A DNA stretch of 64,000 nt from a virus (IMGVR_UViG_3300042691_028354:22493-86492), one strand, 5' to 3'. Shown: positions 1-10,032, counted from the stretch's first letter. Notes: generated by a model from the letters alone, not told the origin. Numbers and translations: made by a program.

Positions 1-1848
1 TGCGAATGTCTCTTGCGTGATCGGCTTGATCATGTAGGTGGACGTGTCGAATGACATCTCTACCTTGAACTTCGGCTGACCTTCCGCGTACACGACGGGG
101 ATGTGATCTTGATCAAGGTCCTTGAAGGGGACGGTTGAATCAAAGTCCATGTCGCTAGCGACAACGTACTTTCCGTCAGTCGTCTTGAGGACGACGACAT
201 CTTCACCAGTGTTGTTGCTGTAGGTCATCGCGTAGGTTGCAGCACTTCCTTCATCGCCGAAGGAAGAGATCTGCCAATCGGGAGCGGGCGGCGGACCCAG
301 TTCAGTCGGAAGGGGATTTGGGATCGCAGGCTTGTTCTCGTCCTCCTTGAGGGCGAGTTTCGGCTTCGGCTTCGTCTTTGTTTTGGACTTCGAGATAATG
401 AGGTCCGAGAGGCCAGCATCTTCAATGATCTGATGACGTCGCTTGGGCTGTACGAAGTTGAGGCGCTCGTAAGGGTTGACGTCCTCTTCGCCATCATTGG
501 GAACCCACATCGCAAGGAAGTTCTTGCGCTCAGCGCCGAGCTGACCGATCAGGGCCTTGTCGGGGTTGTCCTTGAGTGACTCATCGGTGATGTGCTTGTC
601 GATCGCAGCAAGGAACTCATCGGCGCTGTCGGTATCGGGTGCGTTCTTGCCGAGGCGCTTGTTCCAGAAAGACAGGTTGCGCTCGCGTTGCTCTTGGAAG
701 GCATCAAGGAAGTCCTTGGCCTTGCCCTCTCCGAGCTCGTTGACCATGTTTTGGTTGATCTCGTCTAGGACAAACTTGCCTGTCTTGGACTTGGAAAGAT
801 TCTTGTCCACCAACACGGGAGGCTTGATGGCCTCGGCGGCAGCAAGGTCAGCCTCGATCTGGTTTGTAACGGTGAGATCGTCAATGATCTCGTTGGGGGT
901 GAGATCTGCACTGACTATGAGGTCTTGGACGACGCCATCGGGGCCGACGGCAAACAGCGCTTGTTCATCACCGGCGAGATAACGCTCGGCGTCGACAACA
1001 CGGAGCTTGCCGGTGCTGGTCTGCACAATGAAGCGCATCTCGCCAGTGTCTTGTGCCGACTCAGACGCTTTGCCTTTGGCATTGGCTTCGTTCGTGAAGA
1101 GGTTGCCGATCTGCTTGCCAGGCTTTTTCTTACCTGACTTGCCAGCATTGACCTGATTGACGTTGGCGGCATTGTCAATGTTGGCCTCGGCGGCTTTGGC
1201 CGGCCCGGTTGGCTTCTTCTCAGGCTTCTTGGAAGCAGTGCTTGATTCGCCACTCGGCTTCTTTGAGGTCTTCTTCTTCTTGAACTTCTTCGGGGTCGGC
1301 AGATCACCCTCGGTCAGTCCGACCTTGGGGGTCTTGTCCTTTTCGTCTTCTTCCTTACCGCCTGGGATCAGGTTGGCAATGCCCTCGATTGCACCACCGA
1401 GTTTGCGGCGACGCTCGAGGCGACGTTCTTTGCGCTTCTCGCGACCGGCTGCTCGGCGTTCGGTGGCGCGATCAGCAAGGTAGTCAACAATCTGACCACC
1501 ACGTTCAAGGGCCTGTCCCGCCTGATAGCGAACAAGGCCCGTTCCACCGGCGGCTCGGCGTTCCTCGGATGCGGCAAGAGCGCTGTCGAACTGGTCGATT
1601 CGCTCACCGAGCTTGGCGAGTGTGGCGCGGGCGGCACCGAGGTTGCAGGTGGTGCCCATTGCGTTGGTCCACTTGCCAGCCCGAGTCGTCCCCGGCGGGC
1701 ATCGGAACTTGCGGATCCGCTTACCCAGTCGATCGTAGTCAACCTGTTCCACGATGACGTTGCCGGCCTTGACGTCCATGGCAATGGAACTAACCATCTT
1801 CGCCGACGTGTAGCGCAGCGCGGCATACTCGGTTTGCGCTCTGTTCAT
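1..1848 (-). CDS. Large head-module protein, 3' end runs off the window (>616 aa; absent from ORF track)
   Basis: Read by hand: ATG at 1848 (MNRAQTEYAALRYTSAKMVSSIAMDVKAGNV...), frame open to position 1; contains KFRCPPGTTRAGKWTNAMGTTC and a Lys-rich linker. Confidence 0.85.
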   Translation of the reverse strand, partial: MNRAQTEYAALRYTSAKMVSSIAMDVKAGNVIVEQVDYDRLGKRIRKFRCPPGTTRAGKWTNAMGTTCNLGAARATLAKLGERIDQFDSALAASEERRAAGGTGLVRYQAGQALERGGQIVDYLADRATERRAAGREKRKERRLERRRKLGGAIEGIANLIPGGKEEDEKDKTPKVGLTEGDLPTPKKFKKKKTSKKPSGESSTASKKPEKKPTGPAKAAEANIDNAANVNQVNAGKSGKKKPGKQIGNLFTNEANAKGKASESAQDTGEMRFIVQTSTGKLRVVDAERYLAGDEQALFAVGPDGVVQDLIVSADLTPNEIIDDLTVTNQIEADLAAAEAIKPPVLVDKNLSKSKTGKFVLDEINQNMVNELGEGKAKDFLDAFQEQRERNLSFWNKRLGKNAPDTDSADEFLAAIDKHITDESLKDNPDKALIGQLGAERKNFLAMWVPNDGEEDVNPYERLNFVQPKRRHQIIEDAGLSDLIISKSKTKTKPKPKLALKEDENKPAIPNPLPTELGPPPAPDWQISSFGDEGSAATYAMTYSNNTGEDVVVLKTTDGKYVVASDMDFDSTVPFKDLDQDHIPVVYAEGQPKFKVEMSFDTSTYMIKPITQETFA

Positions 1849-1906
1849 TAGGACACTCGCGAGAGGGAGAAATGGGTAAGACTCAGTATGACCTTACCAA
1901 ACTCCA

Positions 1907-3241
1907 CTAACCTTCGGCCGGAGTGTCCTCATCAATGATGACTTCCCACGGGGTGGTGTTCTTTGGCCGAGCTGGGGCAGTGGGGGCCAAGAACATTTGG
2001 TAGATCCACCGGCGAACCATGCGACTGGCACCCTTCTCGCTGCGGATCTCGATCATCTCCATCGCTTGCTTCGCGTCAGAGTCGCCAACGGCCGGAATGA
2101 GCTCAAGTTTGTCTGGGTTCTTCTCGACCAACTGGCTCAGTGCCTCACCCATGTCTGGTCCTTCAAGGCCCTTGCGAATGCCCTTGAGGTTGGCGGGGAG
2201 ATCGTTGAGAAACTCGGGCGTGGCCTTCGGCTTGCGATTGACCTGAATCGAGGATCCATCGGCAAAGGAGAATGCGACGCCGTATGCACCAGTTCCAAGA
2301 AGATCAAGACCACTGGTGCCAAAGTCGTCGGGCTTGGCTGTACCAATGACGAACACTCCGTCAGTGATGTCGTCGTTGCCCCGAACCTTCGCAAGACGGG
2401 AAATGTCGACGGTGGGGTCAATGCTTGAACCGTCGCGTCGAACAAGACGCACCGAACCGTGAGGCTTCTTGCCAATCAACGGAACCGTCGTGCTCACAGC
2501 ACTGTCACGCGCCACTCGGCTGGCTTTGCCGACCGGGTCGACGCCGCGCTTGATGTCGACGACATTTCCTGAAATCCCTCGGCCTCGGATCAATCGCCCG
2601 CTGCGACCCTGTCCGACGTCATCGATTCCCGGCATGCCATCTGCGCTGTCGCCTCGACGAAGGACGCGATTGGCTGCTGAGCGTGCTGCGCTTGCTGCTG
2701 AATCGGCCACATCGAACAGTTGGATACCGCAGGTGCCGAGACCTGAGTCAGTGAACTGACCACCGTTCTCGAACCCTGGCGGACAACGGAAAAGTCGGCG
2801 TGGTCCACCAATGCGATCCCGACCTCCGCCCGGAGTAAGCGTCTCGTAAACGGTGGACCGGATGGGGGAGCGAATGTCACTCGCGTCACCGGGAATCAGC
2901 ATCGTGCCGATGGCCTGAAGCCCTTGACCGAGTTTCCCCCTTGAGCGGACGGATCCAACTTTCTCATCAAGGTGAACGCGCTGAACAAGGGACTTCTTGC
3001 CGGACGAGTTTTGGGAGGGCATGGCGCAGGTGCTACCGAGAGCGTCAGTGAAGTCGCCAGCACCAGGGGTGCCTGGCGGACACTTGAACTTGCCGCCATC
3101 GACAATCACTCCGCGACTGGCCGCGAGACGTTGGGTAATGGAGCCACCCGAGAGATCCCCGACTTTGGCTCCCGATTCACCGATTGATGGACCAAGGATT
3201 CCCTTGACCATCACCTCGTAGAACGGATAGTTGTCCAACAT
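1907..3241 (-). CDS. Head-module protein with two CPPG motifs (~444 aa)
   Basis: ORF track 1907..3403; more likely start ATG 3241 (MLDNYPFYEVMVK), preceded by GAGG and clear of the upstream gene. Confidence 0.8.
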   Translation of the reverse strand: MLDNYPFYEVMVKGILGPSIGESGAKVGDLSGGSITQRLAASRGVIVDGGKFKCPPGTPGAGDFTDALGSTCAMPSQNSSGKKSLVQRVHLDEKVGSVRSRGKLGQGLQAIGTMLIPGDASDIRSPIRSTVYETLTPGGGRDRIGGPRRLFRCPPGFENGGQFTDSGLGTCGIQLFDVADSAASAARSAANRVLRRGDSADGMPGIDDVGQGRSGRLIRGRGISGNVVDIKRGVDPVGKASRVARDSAVSTTVPLIGKKPHGSVRLVRRDGSSIDPTVDISRLAKVRGNDDITDGVFVIGTAKPDDFGTSGLDLLGTGAYGVAFSFADGSSIQVNRKPKATPEFLNDLPANLKGIRKGLEGPDMGEALSQLVEKNPDKLELIPAVGDSDAKQAMEMIEIRSEKGASRMVRRWIYQMFLAPTAPARPKNTTPWEVIIDEDTPAEG

Positions 3242-3275
3242 CTCCGTCACCTCGGCGGGAAGGGCGACGGTCTGC

Positions 3276-5219
3276 TCAGTTGAGCAGATCGCGCATGTCT
3301 TCTTCGGCGGCAAGCATCTCGAACTCCATGATGGAGGCAACGAAGTTGTCAGCAGACTTCTCCATTGGCTCACCACTGGTCGCTTCCTCGGGAACTTCGT
3401 CACCCCATGCTTCGGGGATCATGTTCTCAAGGCCGAGCTCTTCGGCGCGCTTGACGATGTGGGCCTTGGCGGCCTTCTTGTCTTTCGCTCGACCGTAGGC
3501 CTGAATGGCGTTCTTGAGGTCTTCCTCATTGGCGATCGGGTATGAGCCGTCAGGCAATGCTTCACCAGACTCAGCCATGGCGTCGCGCTCCTCATCGGAG
3601 TACATCGCCTTGACCTGAAGGTCGTAGGTGTCGTCGTCCTTGGCTTCAGCGTCAGCCCAGGTGTATTCGTCGTAACCCAGCACGTTGCCGGACGGGGAGA
3701 CGAATACGTCATAGGACTTGCCGTCAAGGCCTTCGATCTCGACCGAGTAGGCCTCGGATCCTTCAAAGGTGGATACGACAACGGAAGCGGCTTTGCCATC
3801 GACGACAGCAAGGGCCTTTTCCTTGGCGGTGTCGGGATCGACTACCTCAGAATCGGAGAGAACCTCTTCGGCGGGAATGCGGAACCATCCGTCAATCTCA
3901 CCCTTGCCGGTGATGTAGGCCTCAACGTAATCGCCGGTCTTGCGCTCAACGTGGAGAACGAACAGGTCCTGATCCGATGAGTAGCCCGAGTTGAGGACCT
4001 TGCCGTTGAGGACGTCTTCTGCGATGCCCTCGATGGCAAGAAGGTCATACTGACCTTCAGTCACTCCGCAGCGGCCTGGGCAGTCGCCACAAGGCGTGGC
4101 GGCGTTGGCGCTCTTGACTTCACGGGAGGCGGCGCAGACGAACAGGTCGTCTGTCATGTCGTCGGCCTTCATGCCCATGGTGCCCATGCGCTTGCCACGG
4201 TTGCGACGGATCTCGGCCGGGTCGGCACCCATCATCTTCTCTTCGTCCATCTCGTCCATGGACTCGTCATCGACCATGTCGTCGTCGCCCATGGGGACCA
4301 TTGCGCCACCCTTGATGGTGACAGCCATGGCGCCACACTTGCCGCAGACCTTGTCGCCGGCCTTGTAGCCACATCCTTCGGTCAGTCCCTTGGCGCAGGC
4401 AACAACATCGCCTTCATCAGAGATCTTGACGATGGCCTTCTCGTCCATTTCAGTTACATCCACGACTGGCTCCTTCACTTGCATGGCATCAGTCATGCAC
4501 GCACTGGTGTTCTTACAGGCAGCACATGGAGTCATGCGCTTCATGCCGGATAGACCGCAATGATACTTCGCTGCTGTGTCAGTGGGGTTCATGCTGCTAT
4601 TCATACCCTTTCCTTCGTGGCGACAGCCACAATCGGTCTCATCAGCGGCGAAAGGATGAGTCTTTACACCGCCCATCTCGTCGGTTCCTTCGTGTTCCCA
4701 GTTCTTGTCTTCTCGGAGGTATGAGACGAAGTCGGCTTCCTTCTCGCAGAAGCCCTTGAGTTCGCCGATTGCCTCTTCCATGTCAAGTTCGTCATCATCC
4801 ATTTCGGTGATGGCGATGTTGAGTCCCTTCCCAGGGGTCAGTCGGTCCAAGCGATTGTTGAACTCAGAGTCGGACCAAAGTGATCCGCGAGTGACGCCAC
4901 GCAACTTGCGGCGACAGTTCTTCATCCCTGGGTGATGACAGCCCTCATTGGGCCAAAGACCGGTCGTCTCATGGTGGAGCCATGCGCAGAGGTTGTCGAG
5001 TGGGTAGAGCTCTGGGTGGTCGGCCAGGATCACACGGCAACGACGGAAGCCACCGGGCTTACGCATGATCGGTCGCCAGTAGCGGAGCAACTTCTCAAGA
5101 TTGCCTCGACGGGGGCCGTAGCCGCGCAAGATGTCACCCGTGATGCGCTCCTGTGGAATCGCATCGGGCGGAACCGGAGCCTTGATCTCCGTATTGAGCT
5201 GGGGTGCCTTGTCGGCCAT
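3276..5219 (-). CDS. Mosaic head-module protein: Cys/His-rich N-domain, Cys-rich segments, PepSY-like domain(s), C-terminal DUF6582-like domain
   Basis: LLRYW...FRRC...LCAWLHHETTGLWP; DPDTAKEKALAVVDG...YSVEIEGLDGKSYDVFVSPSGNVLG (PepSY-like); ALPDGSYPIANEEDLKNAIQAYGR; AGGA RBS. Confidence 0.75.
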   Translation of the reverse strand: MADKAPQLNTEIKAPVPPDAIPQERITGDILRGYGPRRGNLEKLLRYWRPIMRKPGGFRRCRVILADHPELYPLDNLCAWLHHETTGLWPNEGCHHPGMKNCRRKLRGVTRGSLWSDSEFNNRLDRLTPGKGLNIAITEMDDDELDMEEAIGELKGFCEKEADFVSYLREDKNWEHEGTDEMGGVKTHPFAADETDCGCRHEGKGMNSSMNPTDTAAKYHCGLSGMKRMTPCAACKNTSACMTDAMQVKEPVVDVTEMDEKAIVKISDEGDVVACAKGLTEGCGYKAGDKVCGKCGAMAVTIKGGAMVPMGDDDMVDDESMDEMDEEKMMGADPAEIRRNRGKRMGTMGMKADDMTDDLFVCAASREVKSANAATPCGDCPGRCGVTEGQYDLLAIEGIAEDVLNGKVLNSGYSSDQDLFVLHVERKTGDYVEAYITGKGEIDGWFRIPAEEVLSDSEVVDPDTAKEKALAVVDGKAASVVVSTFEGSEAYSVEIEGLDGKSYDVFVSPSGNVLGYDEYTWADAEAKDDDTYDLQVKAMYSDEERDAMAESGEALPDGSYPIANEEDLKNAIQAYGRAKDKKAAKAHIVKRAEELGLENMIPEAWGDEVPEEATSGEPMEKSADNFVASIMEFEMLAAEEDMRDLLN

Positions 5220-5258
5220 TGCTGGTTCTTCCTATTGGTGTGTTTGGTCAGATGATGA

Positions 5259-8200
5259 TCACGGGTCAAGCAGACGGCCGCGCTCGTCGGTGATTCCACG
5301 AATGACGTCCATCTCACGCTTGGAGTACTCGGACTCAAACACGCTCTGAACTTCCTCGAAGAGGTCCATCATTCGCTCGTAGACTTCATCGCCTCCATCT
5401 GGAAGCTCATCGGCCCGAAATGCCGCACTCTCCAAGAGGTCGTAGTACTCCTTGGGATCAATGCTGCCCCCACCCAGTCGATCAAGGGCGTCCACCTGGA
5501 CTTCAAAGAGTCTCAACTTGGTGGCGTCGTCTACGCCCGAAGCATCCTGAGCATCGACAAGCTTGTCAATCAGCTCAACAACCTTCTTCTCTCGGGTAAA
5601 GGGCTTCAACTCGAAGGCTTCATCAAGTTGTGACCGAATGTCATCAACGGGGTTGGCCTTGGACGACTTGCGAGACGGTCCACCCATGTCGTCGACATAG
5701 CTGTCGTAGTTCGCCAAGAGTGCCAGTAGGCGACCCTTCATGTTCTGGTACTTGCCCGTATCAAGGAGGTCGCGAATCTCGGACGGACTGAGGTCGTCAA
5801 GCACGCTGGCGTCGATACTCATCTGCTCAAGCAGATTCGCAACATCATCACGAGCCTGAGCGACCGCGCCGACGTACTCCTCGAAGGCGTCCTCGTCGTC
5901 TTCTTCCACCTCATTGGCAGCCCTCTCGACTGCGTAGAAGTCAAGCGGACCTTCAGCGTTGAGATCTACGTCGTAGTCGTCAAAGAGGTCGGCTGTTTCA
6001 GTCTTGAGGTCGGCCCATTCTTGGTCCACATCGTCGCGAAGTTCGGGCTTGACGAAGTTGGAGGTGATCAAATCGGACAAACCCTTGTTGGTGTCCTTGG
6101 GAAGGAGGCCGTCAGGAGTGTCTCGATAACTGTCCACCAAGGGTTGGATCTGGAACGGGTAGTCAACTGCTCCGCCAACCCCCGAAAGGTTCCCCTTCAA
6201 GACGGTGCCGTCGCCGCCACCGAGCAGCGCACTGAGTTCATCTGCGACATCAGTGGTCGGTGGGTCAACGAAGTAAGTCGTTAGTTCCGGCTTGTCAAGG
6301 TTCTTGCCATCGCGACGAAGCACGAGAACGTCAAGGTTCCTAGCGCCTCGAGTGGCGGTTACGGCCACAGTTTGTTTATCGCCCGACATGTAGAGACCGT
6401 TGCCGACATTGATGCGCGAGCGTTCCCTGGCGCGCTCCATGTCAATGATCTCGTTTATGTTCTTGCGTCCCTTGTCTCCATCCTGAGCAAACAGGTCAGC
6501 AAGAGCCGTGTTCACCTTGCCCCGGAGCCTTGAGACTGACTGCTTGTCGTTGGGGTACGGGCTGAACAGTTCCGGCGCCCATGCCTCGTCTTCTGGTGTC
6601 AGTTGCTCAAGGATGCCTGGGAGTTGGTTGTCAATACGATCACGCAGTGTGTCCGTGATGCGACTCCGTGTCGCTGAATCAATGCCTGCTGCCTTCATAG
6701 CATCATCGTATGAATCAATGTCGAAATCCGCAAGGTCTGATAGGCGATCGAATGCTTCATCGTCCGACATGTCGCCATAGAAGGTGCGACCCTGATCGCT
6801 AGAGCGCATCGAGAATGGCTCAGTCCATGGCTCGCCCGGGTTGAAGACACCTTTGTCGCCACCCATGGCACGGAACTGCATGGAGCCGCCGACGTCAATG
6901 CGATGGATCTTGTCGTCATCGTCAAGGATGACGTTGTCGCCGACAAGGCCGAAGACATCCCAACTCGAGGCAAGAGCGTCGTAGGCGAAGCCGTCTCGAG
7001 CCTGCTCTTGAAGGGCTTCGGTCATTCCGTCGTCACCGATCGGTTTGCCAAGCCCGCCATCTTTGGTCTGCACGGCCTTCTTGGCGATGTACCACTTGCC
7101 GTTGCTCTCATAGATGCCCGTCTCGTCGGTAGCGAGACCGGCAGTCTTGTAGAAGAGGTGGGCAGACATCTCGTTCTGAGCATGAGCCTCGGACTTCGCC
7201 GGCTTGACAAGGTATCGCTGACCCTTGTCGTCGGTGTACCAGCGACCACCCTGAGACCCAAGAGGACCCGAGCCTCGCTCCATTGCCTTGAACTCGTCGG
7301 CCGACGGAAGGCCGTTCAGGAGCTTCCCGGCGCGACCAGTCGGTCGCTCGGGGGGTTCTGGGGTATCACCCGCTGGCGGCTTCGGGGGCTTCGGGGGCGT
7401 GGGTGGTTTATTGCTGCCACCTCCGCCAGGTTTGAGCTTTGAGGGTTTCCGGTCATACCAACCCATTTGACGCTTGACGGATTCGGGGAGATCGGATCCA
7501 ATCGGCTTCCGAGTTGGGGCTACACGATCAAGATCTGCCGCAGACGGGAGCTTCAATGCGGGCTTGCCGGAATCGCTTGGCTTGCTCGTCACATTGCGCA
7601 TGGCAGTGGTTCCCTCTTGAACCACGCCATCACCGTCAGCATCTCGGGCCTTGGGATTGACAGCCTGCTGAATCAACTTTCGAGTGCCGCGACCCTTACC
7701 GCCGCCCGCGCTGGAGTTGCTCAGTTTGCGCAACTTTCCCAGCGCGGACTTACGGTCAAAAGGGACGGCATCACCGTCCTCGGTGCCGTAAAGGTCAAGA
7801 GACTTGACTCGCAGTTCATCGCCATGGCCGTCGACAAGCGTCGCAACGGCGTCAATCAGTTCCTGGCTGTCTGCCTTGATCGCGATCCACGATCCGTCTG
7901 CGGTGTCCAGTGACACTTCGGCGCCGTGGTATTCGGCGATGGAATCAAGGAGCGACTTCAGTCCGAACATGGCGTCCGGTGTGGTTCCGAGGACAAGGTA
8001 ATCATCACCCTTGCGCTCAAGACCGGTGGAAGCATCTCCCTCATTGAGGATCTCGGTGAGCAGATTGATCGCATCGCGAAGGCGCTCCATGTTGCGCCCG
8101 GCGACGGTTCGGCCGACCTTGACGTCGAGCTGTTCCATGATGTCGTCGTAAGCGACCTTCTTGCCCCGGCGACGTCGTTCGTTTTGGCGAGCGGCAAGCA

Positions 8201-9986
8201 TGTTGCGCTGGTTCTGGTACTTGCGAAGTGCTTGGACTCGCTTGCGGTGCTCTGTCGGAACCTCACGCATAGCGTTGGGGTCATCGAACGAGCCGACGGG
8301 GTAGCGACCACCATCTCTGAGTTCAACAAAGCCCGAGCCGTCTTCTTCAATCCGAGCATGGGTGTCGTACTTGTCAATGCGGTAGCGGCGAGAGCTGTTG
8401 TCAATCTCGCCACGAGGTTTGACGGTTGGCCGTTTAGGCTTCCGCAGTAGGTAGTTTCTGTCCCTTTGCGGCTTTTTGAATGGGGGCTTTGTCGGCTTCT
8501 TGGGAGCAGCAGTCTCGCGATCGGTGCCATCAAAGATGACGCCGTCTCCATCGCGATCGACTTCGTCAACTACAGAGCTGCCGCCGACCCTGCCAGCGAT
8601 CTGCTTGACGCCGCACATGCCCTTGCCGCCACATCCGCATCCACAGTCCTTGTCGCCGGCCATGCCTGCGCCTGGACCGGGAACGTCGGGGGCTTCGGAA
8701 CCGTATTCTTCATCGTCCTCATCCTCCACGGGGATGTAGACAGTCTCGGCTCGGACTTCTTCGGCCGAACCGACCATGATGAGGCCGCGTTCGGAATGCC
8801 ACGATGCCCGCATTGTCATGGGTTCGCCGTCGTGCATGTGGTCGAACACCACTGTGTTACGACTCATGTCGCGAATCTTGACGGGACCGCCGTACTCCTC
8901 GGCAATGGCGTCGGCAAGGTTTTCGGCCATTGAGACCTGTGGGTCCACTACAAACCCATCGCCGCCTTCGCCGTAGTCTTCGTCGTCCTCTTCGTAGTCC
9001 TCGTCGTAGTCTTTGTCGTCGCCTTCGATTGACACTGCGTATTTGTCGCCATAGCGATCGGCGATGAACTCCATGAGGCCTTCCGCCATCTCCCGCACGG
9101 CATCGTCGCCCTTCTCATTCTTCGCTTCGAGCTTGGCGATTGCCTCGCGAATCACGTCCTTCATGTAGCCCTCGCCGCGGGATCCGACGGCCAGCCACTT
9201 CATTTGAGCGACGACGCCCGGAAGGCGGAAGTCCTGCTTGTGTCGGGCGACCCACGCTTCGCGGAGCTCTAGTGCTGCGACCTCGGTGTCGGTCGTTGCT
9301 TTGCCGCCGCGCTTGGCGATCGGTAGGAGCTTGGCGTACTGGTCGTTTCCTCGGATGTTCCCACCCTTGGCCCAGATCGTCGGATACTTCTCCTTGACCA
9401 TTTGGGCGAACTCGGGGTCGAACAGGTTCCACTCGCTCTTGCGGAACGAATCCACCTGATTCTCTTCGTCCTGCATTTCGCTCTTGATCGAGATCGTCGC
9501 TGTGAGCTGATTCGCCCCATGAAGCACCGGGCTGACTTCGTAGAGTTCGAGTTCCTTCAGTAGGTTCGCCTGGCGCTGGGACGAGTAGATCGAGTCGAGG
9601 GTCTTGTACCCGATTGACCATTCCTGCTCCTCCCCAAAGAACAAGATGTCGTTGAATGCTTCACGGCCACGCTCTGACCGGAGGTTGAACTGAACCTTGG
9701 CGAAGAGGCCACCTACACCGGCCTTCTTCATCTTGGCGGGCAGGCGAGGATCGCTCGCCGGCACCTCGTACATGTCGATGACCTTGCCGATGGGCTTGTT
9801 CCAGTCATGGCCCCAGACGACACGAGGCTTGCGGCGCTTCAGGCTTGACGTGAAGGCACCCGGCATGACGATGTCGCCGACCGAGTCCTTGTTGCCCACG
9901 GCAGCCACGAAGCACTCAACGATGCCCATGGCCTCGTCGATGGAAAGTTGGCCACTCATGGCCTTGAACTGGAGTGAATCACCCAT
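5259..9986 (-). CDS. HK97-family prohead protease fused to a long multidomain extension including a HipA/PI3-PI4-kinase-like domain (~1575 aa)
   Basis: N-term VGNKDSVGDIVMPGAF, WGHDWNKPIG, EWSIGY, LYEVSPVLHGAN (Peptidase S78); internal RYLVKP..NE..WDVFGLVGDN..RIDVGG; start ATG 9986 after GAGG (track uses TTG 10016). Confidence 0.9.
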   Translation of the reverse strand: MGDSLQFKAMSGQLSIDEAMGIVECFVAAVGNKDSVGDIVMPGAFTSSLKRRKPRVVWGHDWNKPIGKVIDMYEVPASDPRLPAKMKKAGVGGLFAKVQFNLRSERGREAFNDILFFGEEQEWSIGYKTLDSIYSSQRQANLLKELELYEVSPVLHGANQLTATISIKSEMQDEENQVDSFRKSEWNLFDPEFAQMVKEKYPTIWAKGGNIRGNDQYAKLLPIAKRGGKATTDTEVAALELREAWVARHKQDFRLPGVVAQMKWLAVGSRGEGYMKDVIREAIAKLEAKNEKGDDAVREMAEGLMEFIADRYGDKYAVSIEGDDKDYDEDYEEDDEDYGEGGDGFVVDPQVSMAENLADAIAEEYGGPVKIRDMSRNTVVFDHMHDGEPMTMRASWHSERGLIMVGSAEEVRAETVYIPVEDEDDEEYGSEAPDVPGPGAGMAGDKDCGCGCGGKGMCGVKQIAGRVGGSSVVDEVDRDGDGVIFDGTDRETAAPKKPTKPPFKKPQRDRNYLLRKPKRPTVKPRGEIDNSSRRYRIDKYDTHARIEEDGSGFVELRDGGRYPVGSFDDPNAMREVPTEHRKRVQALRKYQNQRNMLAARQNERRRRGKKVAYDDIMEQLDVKVGRTVAGRNMERLRDAINLLTEILNEGDASTGLERKGDDYLVLGTTPDAMFGLKSLLDSIAEYHGAEVSLDTADGSWIAIKADSQELIDAVATLVDGHGDELRVKSLDLYGTEDGDAVPFDRKSALGKLRKLSNSSAGGGKGRGTRKLIQQAVNPKARDADGDGVVQEGTTAMRNVTSKPSDSGKPALKLPSAADLDRVAPTRKPIGSDLPESVKRQMGWYDRKPSKLKPGGGGSNKPPTPPKPPKPPAGDTPEPPERPTGRAGKLLNGLPSADEFKAMERGSGPLGSQGGRWYTDDKGQRYLVKPAKSEAHAQNEMSAHLFYKTAGLATDETGIYESNGKWYIAKKAVQTKDGGLGKPIGDDGMTEALQEQARDGFAYDALASSWDVFGLVGDNVILDDDDKIHRIDVGGSMQFRAMGGDKGVFNPGEPWTEPFSMRSSDQGRTFYGDMSDDEAFDRLSDLADFDIDSYDDAMKAAGIDSATRSRITDTLRDRIDNQLPGILEQLTPEDEAWAPELFSPYPNDKQSVSRLRGKVNTALADLFAQDGDKGRKNINEIIDMERARERSRINVGNGLYMSGDKQTVAVTATRGARNLDVLVLRRDGKNLDKPELTTYFVDPPTTDVADELSALLGGGDGTVLKGNLSGVGGAVDYPFQIQPLVDSYRDTPDGLLPKDTNKGLSDLITSNFVKPELRDDVDQEWADLKTETADLFDDYDVDLNAEGPLDFYAVERAANEVEEDDEDAFEEYVGAVAQARDDVANLLEQMSIDASVLDDLSPSEIRDLLDTGKYQNMKGRLLALLANYDSYVDDMGGPSRKSSKANPVDDIRSQLDEAFELKPFTREKKVVELIDKLVDAQDASGVDDATKLRLFEVQVDALDRLGGGSIDPKEYYDLLESAAFRADELPDGGDEVYERMMDLFEEVQSVFESEYSKREMDVIRGITDERGRLLDP

Positions 9987-10032
9987 ACCGAAGGACCTCG
10001 CTTTACTTGAGGTCAAAGAGTAGTAGGCGATG

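Noticed and set aside
225-1826. Track ORFs in 1-1850 (e.g. 557..982 +, 1368..1826 -)
   Set aside because: Shadow frames of the long minus-strand gene starting at 1848, which the track missed because it lacks a stop in the window
5259-9986. Protease-major capsid fusion or intein as the reason for the protease length
   Set aside because: No HK97 capsid-fold motifs and no intein splice or LAGLIDADG motifs recognised in the extension
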